A DNA stretch of 43,529 bases from a virus (lineage: Duplodnaviria > Caudoviricetes), in the IMG/VR virus record IMGVR_UViG_3300016659_000160, positions 1 through 43,529 of that record, one strand, 5' to 3'. Position numbers and translations under genes: made by a program. This document shows, in pieces, positions 9,780 to 19,380 of the stretch (the stretch's first letter is position 1; every line of letters begins with the position of its first letter). The notes under the pieces were generated by a model that saw nothing but the letters and a program-made list of their open reading frames with translations, was not told where the DNA came from and ran no database searches.

Positions 9780-10808
9780 GTGAGCAGGATGCCCAACTCA
9801 GTTCGACATAATGAGTTTAGTAGTTTGCGTAGATTTGGAGTCGAGCTTGAAATCGGCGACGAAATAAAAAAGAAAACGGTGCAGACTGCTATATCCAATA
9901 AGTCAAAATATAAAGTTTTTTGTTCAAAATATGCTTTGACATCTAACAATAACTATTGGCATGTAAAAGACGATGCTACTTGTGGTCGATCTGGTCGTCT
10001 TGGTCCCAAGGGTGTTGAGGTTGCGTCTTTCATAGGCTCTGGCGTTGACGATTTAAATCATGTCACGGAAATTGCAAGTCATTTATCTTCAATAGGTTGC
10101 AAAGTTAATCAAAATTGTGGGCTGCATATCCACGCAGAAGTTGTTGATTTGACAACCGAACAAATCGCTGTGATTGTGGCTTATTGGATCAAAATTGAAA
10201 TGTTGTTGAGTATGATATTGCCATTGTCAAGGTATCAAAACGAATATTGTAAATTTTTATTTTCCCCATTTCTTGCTGTGCTTTACAAGAATGGTGCTGT
10301 AAATCGTGGTGACAAGTATGATCCGATGGATTTTTGGCAAAGAATTGTTCCTAAAAACTTAAGTCTTTTTGAAAATACGGATAGAAGATTCAATCTCAAT
10401 CTCGTCAATGTGGCAAGGTCGATAGAAATCAATTCGTCAAATAGAAAAACTCTGGAATTGAGATGGCCAGAAGGCAGTTTAAATGAGGAAGATATTTTTG
10501 GTTGGGTGGTGCTTTTCATAAGTTTCATCGAAACTTGTAAAGATTTGAAAATGCCAGATGATTTATATCAATGTGATTTAAGGCAAGTGTTTAATTTTCT
10601 TGGAATTGGCCATAAGAAAAATAGTTTTTTGATTCTTGGTGCTCATTTGCATAGGATGAAATCATGGATGTGCGAAAAGATTGTCAAGAATCGTGAAGAT
10701 TCTTCGCATTTTTATGCTCATTTTAAAACAATAGGATTTCAGCAGGTGAATGTGAAAGAAGCTAAATTGGTGCTTGAAGAAATGTGGTCGCCTGTCAAGA
10801 ATTTTTAA
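9780..10808 (+). CDS. Putative amidoligase (COOH-NH2 ligase, Amidoligase_2-like)
   Basis: FGVELEI, WHVKDDAT, VEVAS, CGLHIH, RFNLN, TLELR. Confidence 0.85.
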   Translation: MSRMPNSVRHNEFSSLRRFGVELEIGDEIKKKTVQTAISNKSKYKVFCSKYALTSNNNYWHVKDDATCGRSGRLGPKGVEVASFIGSGVDDLNHVTEIASHLSSIGCKVNQNCGLHIHAEVVDLTTEQIAVIVAYWIKIEMLLSMILPLSRYQNEYCKFLFSPFLAVLYKNGAVNRGDKYDPMDFWQRIVPKNLSLFENTDRRFNLNLVNVARSIEINSSNRKTLELRWPEGSLNEEDIFGWVVLFISFIETCKDLKMPDDLYQCDLRQVFNFLGIGHKKNSFLILGAHLHRMKSWMCEKIVKNREDSSHFYAHFKTIGFQQVNVKEAKLVLEEMWSPVKNF

Positions 10809-10857
10809 AATTTAAGATTATATCTAAAAAAAGGCAGATTTATTTCTGGTTTATAAT

Positions 10858-11784
10858 ATGCTAAAAATAACAAATACATTTAATTATGTCAAACATCTGA
10901 TTAGAACAAGGCCCGGAATTATCATCACAAATGTCTGTAATTTATCGTGTGGTGGTTGTTACGCTCAATGCGGTAAGTTTCCGAAAGATAAGCTCTGGTT
11001 CATACCATTAGATCAATTAAGAGCAAATATTAGATATATTGAAAAATATATGTACAGAGGCGAAACAACCTTGCTAAACGGAGAAAAGGTTAATGTAAAT
11101 GCTGAGAATCATGGTATAGACTTGATTGGTGGGGAGCCGACGATTCATCCAGAGTGGGAAAATATTTGGAAAATAATAACACAAGAATTTGCAAATTTAA
11201 AATTCATGATTTCTACTAATGGACGAATCCCACCGAGAGATGCTCCAAATGTTTATTATCATTTAGATTACAAAACAAAAGAAGTAGCCTCTCAACATGA
11301 CTTTGCTCCAACTTTGGTTGCTCCTATTGATATCGTTGAAAACAAAAACCCGCTTTACTATTGGGAATCTGCCCAAACTGATTGTTCAATATGGAAATTA
11401 TTATCGTGCGTAAATCCAATTTATAAAAATCAGATTTCCATTTGTTCTGTTGCCTCTAGTTGGAATGACTTGCTTGATTTGGACTTGGGTTGGCCTTTGA
11501 ACCCAAATAAAAATCCTTTTGCGAATCTTACTGATAAAAATATAAAAGATAAAGCTGCTAAAGTTTGTTATCGTTGTGGCTGGTCTAAAAGATTGCGTTT
11601 ACCAGAAGAACAACGATCTGAATCATATAATTTAGTAAGTCCAACAAATCTAGAGGTTTTGACCAAAAATGCAAAAGACAAGCCTTACAAGCTTGTTTCA
11701 AAAGAAGAAGGAAAAATTAAAATAAGCGGAATTAAAAATTGTCAAGAATTGATACAATTGACTTTTCGTGGTAAGATTATTTAG
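10858..11784 (+). CDS. Radical SAM protein
   Basis: CNLSCGGC (CxxxCxxC), GGEPT, STNG; C-terminal Cys residues (CYRC) suggest an auxiliary cluster. Confidence 0.9.
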   Translation: MLKITNTFNYVKHLIRTRPGIIITNVCNLSCGGCYAQCGKFPKDKLWFIPLDQLRANIRYIEKYMYRGETTLLNGEKVNVNAENHGIDLIGGEPTIHPEWENIWKIITQEFANLKFMISTNGRIPPRDAPNVYYHLDYKTKEVASQHDFAPTLVAPIDIVENKNPLYYWESAQTDCSIWKLLSCVNPIYKNQISICSVASSWNDLLDLDLGWPLNPNKNPFANLTDKNIKDKAAKVCYRCGWSKRLRLPEEQRSESYNLVSPTNLEVLTKNAKDKPYKLVSKEEGKIKISGIKNCQELIQLTFRGKII

Positions 11785-11846
11785 ATTTTTGAACACTATA
11801 TACTTTAACAAATTAACTACTTTCTTTTACTTTCTAGGAGACGATC

Positions 11847-12371
11847 TTGACTACCAAAAAACACAACCTTGTATTGACTAATTTAGAACTTGCTAGAAAA
11901 ATAGCTCGACAGAGGAAGAAAAAAATATCTAATGTGTCTTTGGACGATCTTGAGTCTGCTGCATATTTTGGATTGGTACAGGCAGCAGAATCTTATGATG
12001 TAAAAAAGTCTGACAATTTTGTTCAGTATGCTATATTCAAAATATTTGGTGCTATAAGAGATTACCTAAGAGAACTTTTATGGGGGCCAAGAAAAAACCC
12101 TTGGAACAAAAAAGACCAAAATTTTGATGAGTTTGTAGAGAAAAATCAGAACCAAGATGATGAATTATTTTACAAAATAATTGCTGTTCTTCCAGAAAAC
12201 AGTCAAGTTGCATTAAAAAAATACTATGTTGATTGTGAAAAGATGAGTGATATTGCAAATGTCTTAGGCGTGAATGAATCAAGAGTTTCACAAATAATTT
12301 CTGAATCAAAAAGAGTGTTAAAGGAAAAATGGTCTGAATTAGAAAATGAATTATATGAATCAGCAGCTTAA
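11847..12371 (+). CDS. Sigma-70 family factor, short FliA/WhiG-like (regions 2 and 4)
   Basis: DDLESAAYFGLVQAAESYD...GAIRDYLR; region 4 MSDIANVLGVNESRVSQI. Confidence 0.9.
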   Translation: MTTKKHNLVLTNLELARKIARQRKKKISNVSLDDLESAAYFGLVQAAESYDVKKSDNFVQYAIFKIFGAIRDYLRELLWGPRKNPWNKKDQNFDEFVEKNQNQDDELFYKIIAVLPENSQVALKKYYVDCEKMSDIANVLGVNESRVSQIISESKRVLKEKWSELENELYESAA

Positions 12372-12394
12372 ATAACGATGAAAGATGGAATTTT

Positions 12395-13261
12395 ATGAAT
12401 CAAATTTTCACTTGTTGTTTGTTTTTGATCTCAGGTTTTCTACCACAAGATTCGGGTATTCCAACAGAGGTTGTTCAACAAGATGACCCAGAACTTAAAG
12501 ACCTTGTTTGGAATCGATATGTAACTAAAAATTTTACAATATTGAGCATCAATGATGCCCAAGGAAAAAAGTTAGGTGAAACTATTGAATCGCTCAAATC
12601 ATCTTCGTTGACGAAATGGGGATTTCCCGATGTCAAATTCAGTAAAGAATGTCGTTTGTTTTGTGTTCCAAATTATAGTCTTTTGAAAAAACTATTTGGG
12701 TTGAGTGCTTCTAAAGTTCAATTTAGAAAAGAACTTAATGTGGTTTGGGTGGTTTCAGATGGCGATCTGGGAAATTCTATCGAGCCTTTGGTGACACAAA
12801 TTGCTTTGTCTGAATATGAAATTGTTCATAATACCAGTCTTCCATTTTGGTTTAAAAAAGGATGTTCGGGTCTTGATTCAAATGTGGAAGATGTAAAGAA
12901 AAATCTAAAATTGTTTAACGAAATCGCTAAGAAAGAACAATTTAGCCACAATGCGGAACAAATGTTCCTTTCGACAGAGGAAGAATACAATAAGCAAAGC
13001 ATAGACAACAAGAAAACATTTGACAGTGAATCGATGTGTCTTGCTTTGATGCTGCGTAAAGAATTTGGGGAAGCAAAGTTGCAAGGATTTCTCAGATTGC
13101 AAAGTAAAAATAAACCTGAAGTAGTGTTGAAACTTATTTTTGGATTTGATGGGTTTACTCAATTTGAAAAAAAATATATTTCTTACATGAAAGATTTGTG
13201 TGGTGATATATATGATGAGAAAACACCTGATTTTTATTTGCAAGTACAATCGGTTGAATAA
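12395..13261 (+). CDS. Exported hypothetical protein
   Basis: N-terminal signal-like segment; TKNFTI and LPFWFKKG are reminiscent of degenerate peptidase-MA-like proteins, but there is no HExxH. Confidence 0.55.
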   Translation: MNQIFTCCLFLISGFLPQDSGIPTEVVQQDDPELKDLVWNRYVTKNFTILSINDAQGKKLGETIESLKSSSLTKWGFPDVKFSKECRLFCVPNYSLLKKLFGLSASKVQFRKELNVVWVVSDGDLGNSIEPLVTQIALSEYEIVHNTSLPFWFKKGCSGLDSNVEDVKKNLKLFNEIAKKEQFSHNAEQMFLSTEEEYNKQSIDNKKTFDSESMCLALMLRKEFGEAKLQGFLRLQSKNKPEVVLKLIFGFDGFTQFEKKYISYMKDLCGDIYDEKTPDFYLQVQSVE

Positions 13262-13272
13262 GAGGTTATATC

Positions 13273-13572
13273 ATGATTGAGATTTTATGGTGGGTTTTAT
13301 TTGGCTTGATTGTTGGCACTTTGTCCAAAATCATACATCCCGGTGATGAGCCGGTTGGATATTTGCCAACGATTCTGATTGGCGTGGCTGGATCGTTTGT
13401 TGGAGGTATTTTGAATTGGTTGATTAGTATGGGCAATCAACCATTTGAATTTTCAGGCTTTTTCATGTCGATTTTAGGTGGTGTATTGTGTTGTTTTGCG
13501 TGGAGATATTATAAACTAAAGTTCGATGTGGCTGGACCCAAAAGTTTCTTTACCGGTAAAAATTTAAAATAA
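13273..13572 (+). CDS. GlsB/YeaQ/YmgE-family (transglycosylase-associated) membrane protein
   Basis: WVLFGLIVGTLSKIIHPG...TILIGVAGSFVGG...SILGG. Confidence 0.88.
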   Translation: MIEILWWVLFGLIVGTLSKIIHPGDEPVGYLPTILIGVAGSFVGGILNWLISMGNQPFEFSGFFMSILGGVLCCFAWRYYKLKFDVAGPKSFFTGKNLK

Positions 13573-13574
13573 AT

Positions 13575-13602
13575 TTGACGCAAATAAGCTTTTGAATACA
13601 AT
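13575..13602 (+). promoter_or_regulatory. Sigma-70-type promoter (probably leaderless transcript)
   Basis: TTGACG-N16-TACAAT, with ATG 5 nt downstream. Confidence 0.55.
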
Positions 13603-13607
13603 TTAGT

Positions 13608-13838
13608 ATGCTTGACAGCAACATCGTCCAGAAACTGAAAGAAAGATACTCATTTTTGCATCCGTTGCTTTTTCATCGATCTGTGGAAAAAGCAAAAAGT
13701 AATTCTGAGCTTTTTGATATTCTTGATACTGTCCCACAAGAGTATCCATTGGTGTGGTGCGAAAAGGAAAGTCGTTGGATAACAGTTGAGAATTTTTTTC
13801 AAAACGAAGAATTTTTTGATGAACTCAAGCAGAAGTAA
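13608..13838 (+). CDS. Hypothetical protein
   Basis: 76-aa ORF after promoter. Confidence 0.65.
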   Translation: MLDSNIVQKLKERYSFLHPLLFHRSVEKAKSNSELFDILDTVPQEYPLVWCEKESRWITVENFFQNEEFFDELKQK

Positions 13839-13841
13839 ATT

Positions 13842-14495
13842 ATGCGTTTATACGAAGAATATTTAAAAAGGCATAACATTCAAGATGTGCCTTTAGCACA
13901 TCATTGTTCAAGTGCAACCTTGCTGTTGGGAATCGATTCCTTGGCATGTTGGCAAAATTTGATAAAACAAAATATTGTAAACAAAATGCCTAAATATGCC
14001 TTTTTTCAAATTAGGTGGGACCATAGCGACCATCATCCGGGGCAGTATCTAGTCTCTTTGGCTTATCCGGTACATGATGGTTATTTAAATGATACGATAT
14101 TTTCTACTTTTTCAATAGCACAATTGAGATGGCATGAATATGAAAGATTCATGTTGAATCATGCGCCTGAATATCTTAACGGTGTAAGGACATTTAAAGA
14201 TTATATCGAAATCGCTTTGATTGGATGGGAAATGTTTGTTCTTGCATATGATAGTTGGTTTAATAGGCAAAATGGAGAAATAAAATATTTTCTGTTTGAA
14301 AGCTTAGATAAGGATAACGACCTTGAAAAAAGATGGGGATTTTGTCAAGAATTATTACGAAAATTACAAGTGGTTAATTCTGTTGTAGTTCGTTGTTGGA
14401 AGCAAGATGTTTTTTCAAGAGTAAATAATCATGCAAGATGGTTGGTAAATTTAGTTGAGCAAAAATGCAAAAAACCTATTCTCCAGTTAGGATAA
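13842..14495 (+). CDS. Hypothetical protein
   Basis: 217-aa ORF in operon-like packing. Confidence 0.7.
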   Translation: MRLYEEYLKRHNIQDVPLAHHCSSATLLLGIDSLACWQNLIKQNIVNKMPKYAFFQIRWDHSDHHPGQYLVSLAYPVHDGYLNDTIFSTFSIAQLRWHEYERFMLNHAPEYLNGVRTFKDYIEIALIGWEMFVLAYDSWFNRQNGEIKYFLFESLDKDNDLEKRWGFCQELLRKLQVVNSVVVRCWKQDVFSRVNNHARWLVNLVEQKCKKPILQLG

Positions 14496-15286
14496 AAAAC
14501 CCAAGTCAAAAACACTCTCTCGTAAGACTTTTGTCTGGACAAAAGTTAAATGTTATTTTTGACAAGGAAGAATTTCAAGACTATAGATTAGACATCGCAG
14601 GACATTATCTGGCAGTTGCCGAAGTAAGCCAAATTACAACTGGTTGGATGGCAACTATTATTCAAGAATCAGAAAAAATTGATTTTGATGAAAACACTTT
14701 GTTCTTAGGCGCAATAAATCTTTACAATGGCAAAGATATTCATTCTGCGTCTCTTTGTGTTGTCTCGCAAAGTACAAATGATGACATACTAAGGATCATA
14801 AATCCTTTGCATATAAGTTGCAATTTGGAACCAAATCAAATTATGGATGTGGTTTTTTACACTAATGACCATAATATGCGATGGTCATCATTCTCAAGCG
14901 GTTTAAACCTTTGTGTTGAGCAATTACAATATGTTGTAAGACAACCAAAGATTTATAGCGGCTTCTTTTATGAACATTTTTTTAGATTTAGATACAACAG
15001 CACAAGTATACAATATGTTTCGGAACAGCCTTATGGCAAATATGATGGTGGTCATATTTTGTTTGCAAACTCAAAAAGCGAAAAGTCAATGATAAAATTG
15101 ACTTGCGCTTGGAGAGGTAAAGGGTCAGTATATAAAGCCTTGCTTGTGCCAAAACTACCTCCTTTATGTTCGCTAAATGTTTATAGAAAACAAAAGAAAC
15201 AAGCAATACAATGTGATGTGCAATTTAAAATAATTGAAGATGATAATCTTGAAACAGGATGTAATGTTTTAATTTCACGGATTTAG
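14465..15286 (+). CDS. Hypothetical protein
   Basis: 273-aa ORF overlapping the previous gene. Confidence 0.7.
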   Translation: MQKTYSPVRIKNPSQKHSLVRLLSGQKLNVIFDKEEFQDYRLDIAGHYLAVAEVSQITTGWMATIIQESEKIDFDENTLFLGAINLYNGKDIHSASLCVVSQSTNDDILRIINPLHISCNLEPNQIMDVVFYTNDHNMRWSSFSSGLNLCVEQLQYVVRQPKIYSGFFYEHFFRFRYNSTSIQYVSEQPYGKYDGGHILFANSKSEKSMIKLTCAWRGKGSVYKALLVPKLPPLCSLNVYRKQKKQAIQCDVQFKIIEDDNLETGCNVLISRI

Positions 15287-15297
15287 CGGGGTGTGCC

Positions 15298-15957
15298 ATG
15301 CTGGCTAAATTCAACGAAACCCGCAATATTTACCTTCCATATTGTACCCCCAATTCTGGCAACTTTGCATTGGACTCAGAATCTGGCAGAGTGTCGCATT
15401 GGGATACTTGTCGTGAACAATTTGCGGCTAAATTTTTTGAAACTACTGAAGGCTTCTTCTTCAGCCACAGAGAAAATAAAGGTTATGATATAGCAAATCT
15501 TATTCATAAATTTGAATCGGTAATAAAAATAAGTCACGATGATTATAAATTTGATAATTCTGAGTATTCTTTCACTAATAGTCCTCATGTTTTATTCATC
15601 AAGGTGAGCCGTTTTTGGCGTGAATGCTTCTTTAGACGATCTCTACTTACACTCATAATTAGATGTGGTCAAAATTATGATAGCACAATTGATAATTTTG
15701 ATGAAGCAATTTTTGATGAAAAGTACAAAGAAACAACATATATCAACGAAACAAAAATGGCAGTATTTCGATTCATGTTTGGATTCACAAAATACACAGG
15801 TATTCCACCAATAGTTGGCGGAACAACAGTAATCAAACATGGTTGGAAGGAAGAGTTCTCAAAACTTGATATGCAAGAACTACGAACAAGATTAGTATTG
15901 CCTGATGGTTTTAAAAAGTCTACAAATATAGTTGGTCTTGACTCTGTTTGGTGTTAA
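15298..15957 (+). CDS. Hypothetical protein
   Basis: 219-aa ORF with GGGGTG RBS-like sequence. Confidence 0.7.
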   Translation: MLAKFNETRNIYLPYCTPNSGNFALDSESGRVSHWDTCREQFAAKFFETTEGFFFSHRENKGYDIANLIHKFESVIKISHDDYKFDNSEYSFTNSPHVLFIKVSRFWRECFFRRSLLTLIIRCGQNYDSTIDNFDEAIFDEKYKETTYINETKMAVFRFMFGFTKYTGIPPIVGGTTVIKHGWKEEFSKLDMQELRTRLVLPDGFKKSTNIVGLDSVWC

Positions 15958-15967
15958 GGACTTTACA

Positions 15968-16738
15968 ATGTGGCATTTTCTTGCCGACACACATTTTGGT
16001 CATGCCAATATTATTAAATATTGTAAAAGACCTTTTCTTAATGATGAACAGTTGCAAATGCATGAATGGGCTGAAAAAGGTCTAATCGATATTAGGGAAA
16101 TTAAAATTGATAATTCTGCCGTTGTGCAAATGGATCAAAGAATTATTGATAGCATTAACTCGGTGGTGGAATACGATGATAATTTAGTCATAATAGGCGA
16201 CTTTTGTTTAAGCCGTGATCCAAAAATCATAAGGTCATATAGAAAAAATATTGTTTGTAAGAATGTTTATTTGATTTTCGGCAATCATGACAATAAAAAA
16301 GCTTGCGAAGGAGTCTTTACTGCATCTTACGAAAATTATTTATTTAAAATTGATGGTCAAGAAGTTTTTACCAGTCATTATCCTTGCCGATCATGGGAAC
16401 ACGCTTCAAATGGGGCGTGGATGTTATATGGTCATGTACATAATTTATATCATCCAGAAGATAACGGTAAACTTATGCCATATGACAATAAAATTCTTGC
16501 CGAGGGATTTTCTTCCGTATTTGCCAAATACAATCTAAATTTTAATGATGACATAAAAAAAGAATTGCTTGATGTTTGCGCTTCTTTAAAAGGTATCAAT
16601 TTAACTCTTGATGTTGGCGTAGATAATGTGCGAAAAGGCGTTCCTTTTGGCACTCCGTGGAGCATGGCAGATATTCGTCGCTATATGCAACCAAAAATAG
16701 GTTTATGGCAAACTCGAAAAATTAAATCTATTTTCTGA
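15968..16738 (+). CDS. Calcineurin-like metallophosphoesterase
   Basis: DTHFGH, IGDF, GNHD, SHYP, GHVH, DVGVD. Confidence 0.92.
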   Translation: MWHFLADTHFGHANIIKYCKRPFLNDEQLQMHEWAEKGLIDIREIKIDNSAVVQMDQRIIDSINSVVEYDDNLVIIGDFCLSRDPKIIRSYRKNIVCKNVYLIFGNHDNKKACEGVFTASYENYLFKIDGQEVFTSHYPCRSWEHASNGAWMLYGHVHNLYHPEDNGKLMPYDNKILAEGFSSVFAKYNLNFNDDIKKELLDVCASLKGINLTLDVGVDNVRKGVPFGTPWSMADIRRYMQPKIGLWQTRKIKSIF

Positions 16739-16767
16739 TTTACAATCATAATTTTCTTGACTACAAT
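16739..16767 (+). promoter_or_regulatory. Sigma-70-type promoter
   Basis: TTTACA-N17-TACAAT upstream of the second sigma gene. Confidence 0.55.
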
Positions 16768-16794
16768 CTGGTGTAAGGTCACCAGAGTAAAAAA

Positions 16795-17343
16795 ATGATT
16801 GAAACATTAGAAAAAAACGATGTCGTTATAAACCCAGAAGACTATTTGGATTTGGCATTAAAGTTTGCCTTCAAATACAGGCCAAAGAATAGTTTTGAGG
16901 CAATAAAGGACACGGAAATTTATTCAATTGCTTGTGAAGAACTGATTCGTGCTGCTCGTTCATATAAATCAGATCGTGGTGATTTTAGTCGTTTTGCTTG
17001 GCGTTTTATGATGAATCGTTTTTTCAAGTCCATTCGTTCACAAAAACGGCTTAAACGATCAGCTAAATTTTCTAGTTTAAGTAAAAACGAGTGGGTGAAT
17101 ATTGCCGAACCAAATCAACAAGACAGTATTAAAGACATCTTACCATTAGTTCTAAAAGATATAGATGAAGATACGCCACAAGACAGAGAAGACAGGCAGA
17201 TAGTAATAGAACATTATATCAATGGAAAACAAATAAATCTCATAGCTGAGGTTCTCCGTGTAACAAGGGTTACGATTCACAATAGAATGCAAAGGTACTT
17301 TGGGAAGATTAAGTCCCGGTTTAATAACGCTAAGGGAGATTGA
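16795..17343 (+). CDS. Sigma-70 family factor (divergent, regions 2 and 4)
   Basis: LIRAARSYKSDRGDFSRFAW; HTH IAEVLRVTRVTIHNR. Confidence 0.8.
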   Translation: MIETLEKNDVVINPEDYLDLALKFAFKYRPKNSFEAIKDTEIYSIACEELIRAARSYKSDRGDFSRFAWRFMMNRFFKSIRSQKRLKRSAKFSSLSKNEWVNIAEPNQQDSIKDILPLVLKDIDEDTPQDREDRQIVIEHYINGKQINLIAEVLRVTRVTIHNRMQRYFGKIKSRFNNAKGD

Positions 17344-17344
17344 A

Positions 17345-17833
17345 ATGTCTTACTTGTTAAAAGACGATATCCAAACAATTCTAGATACTGCTGTCGTTAA
17401 TTTTTATGCTGATGGGGTTTTGGAACCTGTCCTTTTAGGTGTATTTGAGGGCGAGAAAAAATTTATTGCTCTCAATTTTGATTTGAAGAAACATAAGCAA
17501 ATGTTTGTTGACAAGTTATTGAGTTTTATATCCCAAGGAAAGTTGACCGAATACATTTTGGTAATTGAAGCATGGATGCTTAAGGAAAAACAAGATGAAA
17601 ACATTGACAAGATCATGCGTGAGTATGATTCATTGCAATCGCATCCTCAACGCAGAGAAGTACTTATGGTTCAATATTGTAATCCAATTGAGGAAATTCA
17701 TTTTATAAGTGAAATCCAGCGTGGTACAAATCCTGTGTCTCTGAGTGAGTGGGAAAAGTTGGATTTTTCAAAATCTCATTCTCAAGGTCGGATGCAATCT
17801 CTGTTTAAGAAAGGTCGAGCGGGGTGGAACTAA
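17345..17833 (+). CDS. Hypothetical protein
   Basis: GGGAG RBS; EAWM...HPQRREVL motif. Confidence 0.7.
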   Translation: MSYLLKDDIQTILDTAVVNFYADGVLEPVLLGVFEGEKKFIALNFDLKKHKQMFVDKLLSFISQGKLTEYILVIEAWMLKEKQDENIDKIMREYDSLQSHPQRREVLMVQYCNPIEEIHFISEIQRGTNPVSLSEWEKLDFSKSHSQGRMQSLFKKGRAGWN

Positions 17834-18210
17834 TGAATGGTCTTATGTTTAAAATCGGTAAGAATAAATTTACTGCTCCTACAGCTAGTTTTGCTGTGAT
17901 GAGTTGGTTGTCTAGCACGATGCAGAAATCAAGTTCTGATATCGTTGCATTGTATGGTCCTTACCATGAGGATTTTGTACCATCAGTTATTGATGCAATT
18001 CAGGAAAGATTTGGCAAGCTTTGTCATATTGATGCTGATCTTATTGAAAAAGACTGGTATCAGAATGGTTTGCCAGAAGACAAATTTAACCCTGCTGTTA
18101 TCAAGGAAAGTGAAAACAGTAAGGTTAAGGCTTATGAAAATTGGTGTCAGTATGTGTTGAATTGGCTCAATAAAAATCATGGTATCCATGATCTCAAGAT
18201 TCAAGACTAA
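17833..18210 (+). CDS. Hypothetical protein
   Basis: TAATG-coupled ORF. Confidence 0.65.
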   Translation: MNGLMFKIGKNKFTAPTASFAVMSWLSSTMQKSSSDIVALYGPYHEDFVPSVIDAIQERFGKLCHIDADLIEKDWYQNGLPEDKFNPAVIKESENSKVKAYENWCQYVLNWLNKNHGIHDLKIQD

Positions 18211-18216
18211 TGGATC

Positions 18217-18270
18217 ACTCTGACGCAAGAGTTTGTAGTTTGTTTGAAACAAGGTGCGTCACTTGTTTCA
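18217..18270 (+). ncRNA. Candidate kissing-loop RNA element in 5' leader
   Basis: Hairpins ACTCT/GACGCA/AGAGT and TGAAACAAG/GTGCGTCA/CTTGTTTCA have complementary loops. Confidence 0.4.
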
Positions 18271-18287
18271 GTTAAGGATGCAATTCG

Positions 18288-18635
18288 ATGAACAGGATGT
18301 TTCTTGCTTTGGTTTTGGCTTTCGGTGTGGCTTCCGTTTCCGAGGCTGGTCCTTTTGGAATTTTTGGAAGGAAAACCACTTCCAACAACAACGGGAATCG
18401 TGGTCCAGTTGCTTCAGTTTTCCTTGGTTCAGCACAAGCCGTAGCAAACCATATGGCATCGATTGGTCGTATCGGTCATTTCGGTGGAAACCCATACAAG
18501 TATGAGGGTGTGGGTATGGGCAGTACTCCTGATCAAGCTATCAGGAATTGCTGCTACTACGGCAAATTCAACATTCAAGATCAAGGAGTTTGCAAAGGAT
18601 CAAACGGTATGTGGTACGCCTGCAACCGTTACTAA
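18288..18635 (+). CDS. Secreted CAP/SCP-like small protein of Planctomycete type
   Basis: Signal peptide; AQAVANHMA...GHFGG...EGVG...AIRNCCYYG...GMWYAC.RY. Confidence 0.7.
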   Translation: MNRMFLALVLAFGVASVSEAGPFGIFGRKTTSNNNGNRGPVASVFLGSAQAVANHMASIGRIGHFGGNPYKYEGVGMGSTPDQAIRNCCYYGKFNIQDQGVCKGSNGMWYACNRY

Positions 18636-18658
18636 TATTTAAATAAATTAACTTATGG

Positions 18659-18688
18659 GGCAGCAAGAAATTGTTGCCATTTTTTTTT
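18659..18688 (+). terminator. Rho-independent terminator
   Basis: GGCAGCAA-GAAA-TTGTTGCC followed by a T run. Confidence 0.75.
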
Positions 18689-19334
18689 AATATTTAAATT
18701 CAAATACTCTTTCTGTCAATTTACTTGCCATCATGCCTTTTTGTGAATTGCCAACTATGTTGATTGGTATGTCAGTTGGTAAACTAGAACCAGTAAATCT
18801 TGAAGTAAAAAAATTACCAACAAGAATCATGTAATAAAACCACCAAGGAACAATGTCCTTCAAAATATAAGCCCCGCCAAGATCAAGTCCGCAATTAAGA
18901 TAAATTGTTTTAACTGATTCTGTACAATAAAACGCCTTTGGATCGTTGAAATTAAAATCGTAACTTGGATCATCTTCTAAAAATTGTCTTATACTTTTTT
19001 CCAAACAATTCTCATCCTGTTTTGTTTTATTTTTCAATCTATAAACACAAAAATCTGTCATGTACCAATTGTCAAACCAATCAACAATTCTAAGTTTTCT
19101 CGTCCCCCAATCTGAAACATCAATTGCATATGTTTCCCCGTCTTCAACAAGGATAACGGTTCCGTGTGAATATGGCGATTTGGTAAAAAATTGAATAAGT
19201 TTACTGAATGGAATATTAAATGGGCCTGCGACATCTGCTGCGTTATAGACAATATCGCCTGTTTCTAATGGAAAATCCTTGAGTTTGGCAGTAATTTCTT
19301 TTCTGATTTGGTATAATGGTCCCGGTTTAAACAT
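18687..19334 (-). CDS. Permuted papain-like NlpC/P60 amidase (YiiX/YebB-like)
   Basis: GDIV, YSHGTV, YDFNF, FYCTE (His before Cys, the permuted order). Confidence 0.85.
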   Translation of the reverse strand: MFKPGPLYQIRKEITAKLKDFPLETGDIVYNAADVAGPFNIPFSKLIQFFTKSPYSHGTVILVEDGETYAIDVSDWGTRKLRIVDWFDNWYMTDFCVYRLKNKTKQDENCLEKSIRQFLEDDPSYDFNFNDPKAFYCTESVKTIYLNCGLDLGGAYILKDIVPWWFYYMILVGNFFTSRFTGSSLPTDIPINIVGNSQKGMMASKLTERVFEFKY

Positions 19335-19380
19335 TTGACTCCTTTGTTTAATTATTTATGTTTTCAATGATAGATATTGT

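Noticed and set aside
18254-18505. Alternative-frame and antisense ORFs over the CAP-like gene
   Set aside because: Low-complexity translations with no motifs; 18288-18635 has the RBS, signal peptide and terminator
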